From contig NW_003314265.1 in NCBI RefSeq assembly GCF_000143415.4, positions 262,405 through 326,404 of the forward strand: a DNA stretch of 64,000 nucleotides, read 5' to 3'. Below, in pieces: positions 47,810 through 60,029 of this stretch; within the stretch, counting starts at the first letter, position 1; each line of letters opens with the position of its first letter. The notes under the pieces are model-generated. The model was not told the DNA's origin, ran no database searches, and saw only the letters and a list, made by a program, of their open reading frames with translations. A program made the position numbers and the translations under genes. Origin of the DNA: Selaginella moellendorffii. Taxonomy: Eukaryota > Plantae > Lycopodiophyta.

Positions 47810-50494
47810 GAGAGGAGCGCTGGAATGTAGAAATCAGCAACGCATCTGCCCCGAGAAACCAGAGAATCGATCGGAAATGGGCGCGGGACGAGCGAGCGAG
47901 CAAAGAACGCGAAGATCCAAGAATCAGGGAAAATGTGGATAGGAGAGATCACACTCCAGACCGTGACGAACGGCCAAACTATCGCGATCGCGATGAGCAA
48001 ACTCTCAAGGGGCAAGGAAAGGAATGCCGCTCAAAAAGCCCTCGCGCAAGCACGCATACCAAGAAACAAAACTAAAATCAACTAAAGGAGAACCTAGTAG
48101 GTTAAAACGCCGCTAAGCTAATAGGAACCGGCCGTACGTACGATGGGTCCAGCTCCCCCGGCATATTCCTCACGGGTGAAAATGTATTTGTGCATGTGAC
48201 GCAGGTTAAAAGCCGACGTGGACAGTGTGGATGGAAGTTAAATTGGATGGCAGGTGGTGGTAATGATAGAGGGCAGATACATACAGATACCCGGGGCACA
48301 TGCGCGCGTGCTAATGACCCACACGTACGGATATTCCCCTTGCTCCAAGTTGTGGCCCACTCCGCACGGAAGAGTACATATAATGTACGCGTTTGGTAGC
48401 GGTTGGATCGGCGGGCGTATGCCCATCCAACGGTGGAAACGGGCAAGGCAACTAACTTACTTTGTATGCATGGAGTGCACGCAAAGGTGGCGTAGGGTTA
48501 ACTACATTGGAAACGAATGAGTAAGTGTGGGAATGGAATGGAATGTGATTGGAGTGGCCCATGATGCACTAACAAAGATTGTGGGGGTACTGTGCGAATA
48601 ATTCCGGCACCTTTCGGGCCAATCACAGGGAATATGCTTGTTCTAGTTTTCTTGGCCATGTTCCATCCCTGACACGGAGGGGAAGATCATGTCATGAATT
48701 TAGACAATGGAGCTGTAGGCAGGGTAAGATTACCAAGGTTTTTACTGAGGTTTATAAAGATTTACCAGCCAGCCAGCCAGCATACATTTGCATTTGCATC
48801 AAGTCAAAGTGAGGACCGGGGATGGTTTTAGAAAAGTGGCGAAGCGCATGTGTTACTTCGCATTGTCTATGGATTGATCTCGCGCCTTGATGTAAATCTA
48901 TGCGACACACGAAGCGAAGGATACCATAGCCCCTCGGATCGAATTACCTCGCATTGTTTTCTCGTTCTTTTCTTTTAAATGCAAGTTTCGCCACCGCTTC
49001 AATCGCATCCATGCACAAGTTTCTAGTGCGTCCATGTGAGATCTAGCGAGGAATTCAACTTGGGTGAGCTGGCCCCTTGTGGATTTCGGATCTTGGGGGA
49101 CGGGGGCGTGGCGAGACATGGGGCGGGAGATCTCTACAGTTCAAAGTGTTGGGTGATTGGGGCTCCCTCGTTTCCCTGGAAATGATTTTCTAGGGCGTGG
49201 CCATGGGTAGCAACTCAAAGTCAGGACATTCACCAGGCTTTGAGATCGGTCAACCAGCCTCGATTCCGCCTTTTCTTATCTCCCGCGTAGATTATTGCCT
49301 TTGATTACACTGCCTAGAACATAGAAAGACATTCTTTGCATCATATAGAAACCTCCCATGTCCCGGAAGTGCCATGCACTCCCCACATGCACGGTTGCAT
49401 CGCTAGCCAGCAGACACTAATAATCCATTCAATCGGAACTTTCTCACAAAGTTTACTCAAATCGAAGTGATCCTTTAAAAACCCTCTACTAGAACGTTAC
49501 ACGTTAAGAGGGATCTCACCGTGTGGACAGACAAGGAGGAACCCTAGAATTGTTTGTGGGCATTACCAAGTCCTGCAAATTGGCCATGTGAAACTATCAC
49601 AACACACTGAAAACACGCGGATTAGGACACGCCATGGCCAGCAGAGCTTGTCATGTGAAAACGATCCAAGTTGGTGGAGTTTAAATGTAAATTTTATCTT
49701 AAAGCAAGATTGGTCAACCACCAAGGACCTAATCCGTACACACGCCCCGCTTACAAAAACAATTCGCCAGTGAACGTGTGCTATGCGCTGTGATTCAAAG
49801 ACAAGCTCCGAGATAGATACATGTGTCGCCCTTCCTGTTAACAAGCGATTGGATGATCCCCGGAATCGTGATTCACCGCGGAGATTAAACAAGTCGAGCG
49901 ACACTGCACGTGCATGTCAATTTGCCCTAACCTTTAAAACCCTAAATTCTTTCAACGGTCACCACAGGAGGGCTGGGATATTTCCCCCGAGGATTTTTAA
50001 AAGGCCGCGTTCCGTACGCATCCTTTTTGGTTGCGTGTCCACATGCACACGAAGATGTGGCCACTGACACCATCCCGTCGCGCTACGCTTTTGGCCCATG
50101 TGCCTGACGGGCATACGGTACCACTCGCCCGCAAATACGTACCCGTACAGCGGAGATACACATTGGCATGTGCGCCGTACTGACATGCCTTGTACTCGTG
50201 ATGTGCTGCTGCTGCCGTGGAAGTCGACGCTGCTGGCCAATGGCAGACGGCCACGCGGCAGGTGCCGAAAGGCATGTGGCCATGTGGTGTTGCGCAGGGG
50301 TTGAATTTGGGCTTTGCAACAGCCAGCCAGTCAGCCAGCTAGCTAAAGAGACCTACTTAAATGGCGCGCTTTCTCAAAATTTCGAAAGCTCCAAGCGCGC
50401 AAACTGCCGCGGGATATACCCCAGATGTCGGCTAAGCCCTAATCCAAGAGCCCTAAAATTGGGCCGGCAGAAATGTAGCTCAAGAGTCGCCGCC

Positions 50495-53133
50495 ATGGCG
50501 ATGGAAGAGCAAGCGAAAGCGTCGGCCGCGGCGGCTGCGGAAGTGGACGATAAGCAGCTCCAAGAGATTGTGCGGTCGTGGATTTTGCAAGCGCTGTCTG
50601 GGGTATGTCTGTGACTGCTTGTCCTGGGGTTTTTGAGGCTTAGGGTTTTGGGTTCCTTGCAGGAGGACATCGATCGCTATCGGAAATTGCTCTCGGACTT
50701 GAAAAACGTCGACTTCGATGATTCAGAAAGCGTCTCTGGCTTGGCGGTACGTGGAATTTAAATTTTTATTGTAGGGAAGCTGTGTCACGAGGCTTATTTT
50801 CGTTGTAATTTTTCCAGGCAAGAATACGAGCGCTCTCCCAATGTGTAAGCATTATCAACGAGCGGGATCACGAGATGCTGCTATCGCTTGTAAGTCGCCC
50901 TTCTGTTTTCTAATGCTTCGTACTAAGAAACTTTTCCCTAGGTGTTTTCTATGAGCTTCTGGAGTGGTAGCAATGAGCTTCTGGATGCAATTGAGAACCT
51001 TGTCGTGAATTTGGTAAGTAGACAGATGATTTGTTTCTCCGGAATGCTTAGATGTTTTCATTTCAGGCGACTTCTAGCGGTGTTTTGGTGCCCAGATGCT
51101 TGGACATGCTAGTGCGGAACTTTTTGCCTCCCTCATGTGGTATCAAGGTGCATCTTGACTGTTATACACAAGACAGGCTTGCTAGAAAAAAGATGACTTT
51201 TGAAAGTCTTAAAGGACTAAAACCGCTACATTTGTCCATGAAAAATGACGTCATGAATCGTGTGCATCTAGCTCTACAACGAATTTTGGAGTTGGTCCCA
51301 ATTGCCGCTCTGAGGCTTCATCCGATCGTCCAGCAAAGAATGCCTCATCGAAGGGTTGACAAAGATGTAAGTTCGTTCTTCTTTTTATGTGATTTAAAGG
51401 GCCTTACCTTGAAAAAGTTTTGTGCAGTGGAATTCTTTGTTTCTGGAGAATATGTTACTTTTAGATAGCAAGCGCGTTAGTCCAGCTATAAGCAGCCGGA
51501 TGCTGTTGGGGATAGTCGACAGGCTGATCGAGATAGATGTAAGAGCTTACACGGTTTTATTATTCTTTTTTCTTATTCTCATTATCCTTCCAGGTAGAGA
51601 TAGCTTGGGAGGACATTTTGAAGGATGAGGATAGTAGCAAAGTTTTGGTCTTCCATATGGATGTTGATGAATCCGATGACAAACAAGCGGCTCCCGGTAG
51701 TGAGGTAAATATCTCATCTGTTTATCTTTAGATAAGAATTCTGATGCGTGAGTTGTTTTGCAGGCTCAATTGGAGCATGCCTTAGCAGCGCATTCAGGGA
51801 AGAAGCCTTTAGATGAAATAGCAGATAAGATGGACCATTTGATGGAACTGGTTTTTGAGCACTTGCATCAATGTGCGAAAAATGAAAGGCTCGACGAGGT
51901 GTATACGACACTAATGGTTTCTTTCAAGTCGACTGTCCTTGACACTTACAAGTCAAAGTTTACGCAGGTATGTCTTGTCGAAGTGAAGTGTGAATTTTAG
52001 TAACAAGCTTGTTTTCTTCAGTTCTTGATCTTCTATCTGTGCTCGTTATCTCCTTCAAGTTGCGGGGCGAACTTCGCTGGGTTTCTTTGCGAGACATTTG
52101 TTACTCGGTCTATTCCCAGCAACACAAGGTACAACCTTTGAGCTTTAGAATGAAACCTCTCTAATTATGGTTCTTTTTCAGGATGTCTGCTGCCGCATAC
52201 CTTGCGAGCTACCTTGCCAGGGCAAACTTCTTACCTTTGCCTGTGGTGCTTTCATCCGTTTCAAGGTACTGCTTTCATAAGACAAAGGGAGTCATTCTAA
52301 TGAGATTATTATCTGCAGGCTAGTAAACTGGTGTGTCAGCTTTACTCCTACAAGGTTCGACGTGTTCAAATTGACAGACACAGCGCTTCATGGAGTCTTC
52401 TATGCTGCTTGTCAGGTGATCATTTTGCTCTGGCTTTGGACGGTCATTAACTTTCATGTCTCATGCAGGCAGTAATGTACATTCTCTGCTTCAGATTGAG
52501 GGAGCTTTATGCGGAGTCTACGCAAAGACCCTTGCTGAAAGGCTTGAGATTGCAACAGCTGATAGAGCACAAGCTTTGCCCTCTTAAGGTAACCCGCAAG
52601 AGCATAATTGGTTATGTGCTAATGCTCGTTATGCTACCAGGTGTGTCTTCCCTCCGTCGTCGAGGAGTTTGTCAGGCAAGCGACGGCAATTCAGCTTATC
52701 AGCTACAGCGGCACTGTAGAGCCTAGCTCCGGATTCGAGGTCTTGTCATTCAAATCCTATGGAGGTGACAACAGGCTAGAGATGTTCTTCCCATTTGATC
52801 CTTACTTGCTGAGACGATCGGACAGGTAAGACCATGGTAATTGTTTTTACTGTGCTGAGTAACAACAAAATGGTGGACAGATTTATCGAGCCAATCTTCA
52901 CGCACTGGTCTGCGGCTCACTCAGCAAACGAAGTCGAGGAACAGAGCAGCGACGAGGAGGAGCCTGTTGTGGAGGAGGAAGAGGTGTTAGATCCGGATGA
53001 TCTGATGGAGGCCGAAGAGGAAGGCTACGATGATGGTGGCGAGGAAGCGTTCCGGAATTCTTTGGAGTGCATGTCCATCACGCCGCCTCGGATGCTACCG
53101 GCGAATTTGGCACACATGCTTCCAATCTCTTGA
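50495..53133 (+). CDS. RRN3: RNA polymerase I transcription initiation factor RRN3
   Basis: CLDMLVRNFLPP, DRLIEIDVEIAWEDI, ADKMDHLMELVFEHL, TYKSKFTQFLIFY, AAAYLASYLARA, FYAACQAVMYILCFR, FFPFDPYLLRRS and an acidic tail. Confidence 0.93.
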
Positions 53134-54107
53134 GATCATCAAGTTTGCTTCAAATATATATTTGTAAACTTCGGGTTGGATTTCATGGATTCCATTGGAA
53201 AGATTCAGATCTTGTGGGCGGTGGTCGAAAACGTGAAGTTGGACGGATATCTCTGCGTTGGGCACCTTCACCAGGAATGTCAAGAACTCTTCACAGATGA
53301 GCTGATTGATTTGATTATTAAGAAGGCACCACTGACAAAGGTATGAGTTTTCCACAAGCTCATTGGGAAGAGGCACAGTCGCACTGTGATCTGTGTTTCT
53401 TGATGCTGAGTTTGCAAACGATGGACTCACTTACCCAGACATGTGATCAGGAGACTTTCACCAGAGTACATGGGTTCTTTCAGAATAAGCATTTGGAAGC
53501 CATGGGTTTGGGCTACAAACCCGAGACCCAAACCCGAGATTTGTGTGTTTGAGAATGTTCTTCATATCTCTGACGAGAGGCTATTTCGTGAAATGGTTAA
53601 GGAACATCCAAATGTGGCTGGAAAACCAAATAGTTCTATGGAGTCTAAACACTTCGTTGGTTTTAGGGGCAAAAGCCAAGGGTGTTAAGCTGAAAGTTAA
53701 GTCGTTCTTCATAAGCCATGGAAGTGACATGGATAAGGGTCTTGGTTTATTGCTTGAGATTGCTGATCCAGCACAAGCTTATCAGGTTGGCCATAAAGAG
53801 AGGCCGGCTCAAATTGGATGATAAACAACTAGCACAATGTTACCACCTTTAGGTTATGATCGTAAGTGGGAAAGTCTTAGGACGAGAATGCTAAATTACT
53901 TTTTAAGTTTGGCAACCTCAAACTGTTGCCAGCCATTCCCTTGAGCCCTGAAGGCAATACTAAAAGAGACTTGCACGAAGATCGCCGTGCTACATTGCAT
54001 TTTGCAACTTGATGGAACCTGATGCGCTGAACATGGTATGATTATCGTTATTTGCGGGATTATCTCGATACCTCATAGTTGAAACAGTAATTATATCGAT
54101 ATATTCT

Positions 54108-54262
54108 GTTTATTATTTATTAATCCAATTAGAAGTTTATAATTATAAACATACCATTAGACTAGAATATACTAGGAAGTAGTTTATAAATTATAAATAT
54201 TCAAATGTAGATTGTAGAATATCCTAAGATAAAACAAACATAATCTAAATATATCCATTAAT
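54108..54262 (-). repeat. Third, internally deleted copy of the AT-rich element
   Basis: tattaatccaattagaagtttataattataaacat and gtttataaattataaata..tagaatatccta match the reverse complement of 6139-6360. Confidence 0.65.
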
Positions 54263-54310
54263 TGCTTAAACCCAAGTGCCATGTGGCAGTTAGGGTTTAT
54301 CGCTGAAATC

Positions 54311-55414
54311 ATGGCGGCATTTGTGGCTTCAATGCTGCCGCCACCGGCAGTGATTGTTGGGCGGGGCCGAATTGGGTCGGCTCTTGAAAAGCTGGGGCAT
54401 GGCAGGGACGTTGTCTTGCTGCGAGGCCAGCCGTTTCCATCCAGTCTCTCTTCCGGCCCCATCTTTGTTTGCACCCGGAACAACGATCTGGACGCTGTCG
54501 TGGACGCTACCCCGGCACACCGTCGCGAAGGTATCCATAGAATCCATGGCATTCTCTCTAGGCTTCCTCTCATTCGCTTCTTCTCCCAGACTTGGTGTTC
54601 TTCCAGAATGGGATGCTGGAGCCGTGGCTGGAGAAGCGTGGATTGGCAGACGCTACGCAGGTCCTCGTCTACTTCGCGGTCGCCAAGCTCGGGGACGAGC
54701 CCGTTGATGGCAAGACGGATGCCAATCCCGAGGGCCTCACTGCCGCGTGTGGGAAATGGGCTGCCGCAGTTGCTGCAAGGCTACACGCTGGAGGGTTGTC
54801 ATGCAAGGTACTTTCGCAAAGAAACTCTCGTGAGAACCAGAGAGAAAAGAGAGCTTTTCTTTCGACTCGACTTACTCCAATGGCAGGATGGATTCAACAG
54901 GTGTTGGACGCCCGCGAGTTTGCCAAGCCCATGCTTGAGAAGCTGATATGGATTTCAGCTTTCATGCTTGTTGGTGCCCGTCACCCTGGCGCAACTGTGG
55001 GAGACGTTGAGAAGAGGTATCGTGACGAGGTATGTCATGTTCATCTCATTCTAGAAAATGCAAAGCTCTCTCTTTTTCCTACTTGCAACAGGTCTCCGAG
55101 CTTATAACCGAGCTTGCTGCCGCAGCCTCTTCGGAAAAATCCGCGGCTTTTGGTCCCGGGCTCGAGGAACGCCTGTGTTCGTATGCCAGATCGGTTGCTC
55201 ACTTTCCCACCGCTGTGAAAGAGGTCGTTATTCTTTTTTTCGCACTCTTTTCCTGTGATGACATGCTTCGTCTGTGTCTCAGTTCGAATGGAGGAACGGA
55301 TGGTTTTACGGGATCTCGGAGCGAGCAATCGCGTCTGGGACGACCGATCCCTGCCCTTTGCACTCTCGGTGGCTTCAGGAAGTGGAAGCGGTCCCCAAAG
55401 TTCTTGCAAAGTGA
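54311..55414 (+). CDS. At1g16080-like conserved protein (Rossmann/ketopantoate-reductase-like fold)
   Basis: AVIVGRGRIG, GPIFVCTRNNDL, DLVFFQNGM, MLEKLIWISAFMLVGARH, HFPTAVKEFEWRNGWFY and DPCPLH. An alternative in-frame ATG lies at 54281. Confidence 0.88.
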
Positions 55415-56236
55415 TCACCCAAGATTTACATCGTCCCGAATCGTAAAAACCTCTACTGTGTGAGCGTTAGCTTTGGACTTTTGATGGACAGCAAAGGAAT
55501 CACATTTCAGGAATGCGATCTGGAGTTTGTGGTGGAAGAAAGTATTATCAAACTGTGTGATCTTCGCAACCAGGAGACCAGAGACCGAGGCAACAACGTG
55601 TGTGCCAACGATTCCAGGATCTGGAAGATCAAAGTTGTGCCTTCGCAAACTCGAGAAAGCTCCTTTAGTGGCAGAGTGGGAATCGCTGGGTGATGCCTGG
55701 GCATCCAAATAATGCTTGTATAATTGTGACGCGGTGAAACAAGCGGTGCTAGTAATGCTCCTTCGAATCTCGTGACAGTCCTTAGTAATTTAGCCACTTC
55801 TGTGGGGATTTTGACAGCAAAATCCAGTTGTTCCAGTAAGTTTGGGGGTGGAAACTTTGGGTGGTGCGCACAAATATCTTTTTCTTTGTTTTTTTCTATC
55901 TCGTGTCACTCGCATGATTTTCCGGATTTTCGCACAGAAGCTTTGACAAGTTCTCGGTACTTAAAAGTTTTTTGGCGTAGTGTGATTCCCACAAAGAGGA
56001 GAAATTCAATTATAAAAGTTTTCTGGGCAAGGATCTTGGCTGGAATCTGTTTGAACAAGAAAGAGAAGAGCATCACTTATCTAATGATCCAGCTTGTCGG
56101 CTGCATTATATAAGCAAGCTTTGCTTGCTCTCTAAATCACTAGAAAAAAGAAAGAGCCGAGTCGGTTAGAACTCGCTCTTTCTTTTTTTCTCCGCTCTCT
56201 CACTCGCTTACTCGATCTCATCGTTGTTTGATCGAC

Positions 56237-57697
56237 ATGGAGAAGCAGCAGCAGCACGTCGAGCTCGAGTCCGGGAATTCGAAGATCATCGATGACTGCT
56301 GCAAGAACCCGGAGCAAGACAAGGAGAACAACAAAGCCACCTTGTTCCAAGCGTCAGTAAACTCCATCGTCCTGCTCATTGGTATGCAAGGACACCTTCA
56401 TAATCTATGATTCTAACTTTCTTTGCTCGCAGGCCTGGGAACGCTCTCCTCCGCGTACGCGATAGAGAGATCGGGCTACTTCGGGCTGTTCGTTCTGCTT
56501 ATCACCGCATCCTTCTACTGGTGCGGATCCAAGCTCATCTCTAAGTGCCTCGTCCACGATCCAAGTCTCGCAAACTATCAGGACGTAGCAACCAAGGCCT
56601 TCCCATCCTGGGCTCCAATTCTTGTCCGGACGCTCTTCTATCTCCGGATCCTTGGAACGCTCACGGGTTACCTCGTCTCCATGGGTGACACCCTCACGCA
56701 CATATTCCCGAGCTCCAGGATCAACGTCCTGGGCGTGATTCGAGGCAAGGCTCTCTTCACTTGCATGGCGTTTCTCTTGGTTCTTCCCACAACTTGGTTC
56801 CGGAACTTGCGGACGATCTCTTATCTCACGTTTTGGTGCGGGATGAGCATCCTCGCCACCGTTGTGTGCCTCGTCGTGGCTGGAGCAGACTATGGAATTG
56901 GATTCGATCAGCCCGTGGCCGTTGTCAATGTCAAGAATCTTCCCCTTGCGACTGGAGTGTACACTTTCACGTTTGGATCCACGCCAGTGTTGCCAAACAT
57001 TCAAAGATCCATGGAGAACCAGGGTGATTTCCCAAAAGTAAGCTTCCTGATGATCTTGTTCTAGTGCATTTGTGTTATCAGTTTATTTTGTTCTTCTTGC
57101 TCTGTCACCTTTTGGTTGGGCCATGAAAATATTTAAACTCACAATTACACTGTTTAACAGGTGATGGTCATCTCCTTCGCGACCGCGATCACGCTCAATG
57201 TCATCGTGGGCATCCTCGGCGCGATCATGTTTGGCTCCCAGACCAGGCCCCAAGTTCACCTCAACATGCCGCCACACCTCCTTCCCTCCAAGATCGCAAT
57301 CTGGGCGACATTTCTCACCCCTGTTACCCAGTTCGCCCTCCTCCTCTCCCCAATCGCCCACGAACTCGAGCAGCTCCTCCTGCCAAATCTCTCTGACTCG
57401 CGGCACAGCCCAAAGCTCGGCTACCTCGCCTGCGTCTTCCTCCGCACCATGATCCTCTCCGGCATTGCTCTCGCCGCCGTGCTCTTCCCGTACTTCGTCA
57501 ATATCATCCAGCTTATTGGATCGTCCCTCAACGTGACGCTCTGCATCATCATGCCGTGCCTGTTCTACGTGAAGATCTTTGGGGACAAGGTGAGCCGGAT
57601 GGAGAAGGCGGGGCTGTGCGCCATGGTGGTGCTGAGTGCCATCGCTGGAATCACTGGAGCGACAGTGTCGATCAAGAATTTGATCCACAAGCAATAG
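56237..57697 (+). CDS. Amino acid transporter, AAAP/Aa_trans family (AVT1-like), 3 exons
   Basis: ATLFQASVNSIVLLIGLGTLSSAYA, many TM helices, LPLATGVYTFTFGSTPVLPNIQRSM, LIGSSLNVTLCIIMPCLFYVKI. Confidence 0.9.
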
Positions 57698-57799
57698 CAG
57701 TGGAGCCAAGAAAGATGAGACAAAATGCGAATCAATCCATTATTTGAGAGCCCACCAATAACTCAATGAAGAGACTTGGTTTTTGTTTTCGGAAAAATG

Positions 57800-59900
57800 A
57801 GAAGTTTTAAAATGTGAGTATACATAAATACTAAGCAATTAGGTCAATGTCAAGAGTCACTTGTCTAAAAACTTATAATGTAACACGTAACTTTTGAGGC
57901 TGATGCGTGAAGCAACAAAAGTAATCCAAAGTTAGAAGGTTGTGAACTACACATGTTTCTCCAGTACAATGGTTGATCAAACGCAATATCTTAACTTCCA
58001 AATACATCTGACTCTGTTTGTGCTTTTTAACTTTTGTTTGTTAGAATGGGACTTGACAATAATGCCATAGAAGAGACATGAAAATAAAAATGGGTTACCA
58101 CATAATGTTTTGTGCCTACTCATCCTTTAGTTAAATAAATTTGTGTATCTCTAACTCAGAATGAATAACAAATGAAGTAGAGAAAGATTAATAGTAGGGA
58201 AATCATGTTAATTTGAACTGTTTTATAGAAATAATAAATTAATAAATTATAAATAATATAATTGGTCTTTTGATACTTGGGAGTTCAATTTTATTTTTTC
58301 ATTTAGTGTTCAGGTTTTACTCCATTTAGCACATGTGTCCAATAGTTGTTTCAGTTTCCATAGGACCCACCTCCAAATTAAAAAAGGATTTTTAACCTAA
58401 TTTTAATGCTTTTCTTTTTATTTTGAATTATTAAAAGCATAGAATAACATTAGAATAATCCTAAAGCATCTAATGCCAAAACTAATATACAAAATAGAGC
58501 CAAAAGGTATTTAATAGTATTTGAGCATATTAATGGTTTATGTGAATTTATGGGTACTCCACCAATTAGCATAGTATGAATTTGGGTTTAGACCTAGCCA
58601 AGCCAATGCAGACAAAAATAAACACATCCAACATGGAGCTAAATAATATTTTAGATTAGTCAACCATGCCTTATATACCCTTGAAAGCTCAAAAACTCAT
58701 TAAATATAAAATGATGCTATCTTGTGAATTTAAACATGAAAATAACACTATTGTGTTTAAAAAAATCTTTGGATAATGATGTATTTGATATTTTCCATTG
58801 GGTTGATTTAGATGTAAACAGACATTGGGTGGATACATCTCCTGCAAAAGTCTAACTAAGAGTTGCATCAAGTGAAAATTTGTATACTGCACTAAATACC
58901 CATAAGCTTAGCTCATACAATCCATGAATTTAAATTTTCTTTAAAAGCTGAAAATCCTTTTTAGTTTCCTCTCCATATCCTTTATATAAGACATTTGTAA
59001 AATCTTGAGAATCTTTGTTATAACTTGTAATTTCTTGATCCCAACTTTCTAAAAATATGGGTTAACATGAGAGGAGTATCATGATGATGTTGTTAAGTTG
59101 AATTGTAAAAAATTAATGACATTACAATCCACCAGGTTTTTAACAACTATGGGAATTTATAGCTTTGGCTGTGAATGTGACTTAACCTAAATCTTTAAAT
59201 ATATATTTTTAAATCATGAGAGGGTGATGAAAAAGGCACTACAAACTTTGAAGACTGCTAAAAAAAGTTGAAAAATGTGGTAGACATGAATGTAGTGGGA
59301 TGGGATAGGTGAGAATATAAAAGTTTGTGAAGGATGATTAGATGGGGAGAGTGGCATTATTAGAGATATCTCTCACCAAAGGCAAATTCAAAGCAAGGAT
59401 ATCAACTATGTCAATAGTCATTATGTTTCTATGCCAATAACCTATAAATGACTGGACTTGAGAGATTGCATACCATAGCCAAAATTTACTATGATCCTTT
59501 GATTTGTCCTAGAAAAAGCTAGTGGAGTATTCTCTCTAACATTTCAGTGCCCTAATCATATATCCCAGGAATATGCTGGAATCCCAAAAATACCTGTGTA
59601 ACTGAGGAACTAATGGTAATTTACCATAGAGTAAAGGGTGAAAACTAAATATTACATTATAGAGTTGTTACTTGGCTTAATATTTTCTTTAACAGGTTTT
59701 TCAATTTAATTATCTAATAATCCTTAGACATAGTTTCGGCAAAAGATTTATTATTCTTTATAAATTATAACTATTATTTGATCAATCTCAATTTGATACT
59801 TTTCACACGAAAGCATCTAAATCCCATCTTATACAGTGACTTCTATTCCATTCCACCTCTTTTAAGAAGTAGCAATTTTATTTGGCATAAATAATCCACT
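57800..59900. mobile_element. AT-rich, CpG-depleted region, probably decayed transposon sequence of unknown class
   Basis: Abrupt drop in GC, almost no CG dinucleotides, no intact ORF. A short match to the AT-rich repeat family at ~59755-59787 (ttataaattataac..atttgatcaat). Confidence 0.4.
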
Positions 59901-60029
59901 AGTGTCGATAATCCTTCACCTTTCAGAGGGTCCAGGCATATTCTTGGGTCATTTTCTAGTGGCCGCGAGAAATCATGTTAAAGTTACTTCTAAAATATTT
60001 TCTTTTTCATTTGGCCGAAGTAAGAAGCT

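Noticed and set aside
55480-55770. Weak tetraspanin-like scraps (NDSRIWKIK..CL; LYNCDAVKQAVL)
   Set aside because: Too short and frameshifted to call without a search.
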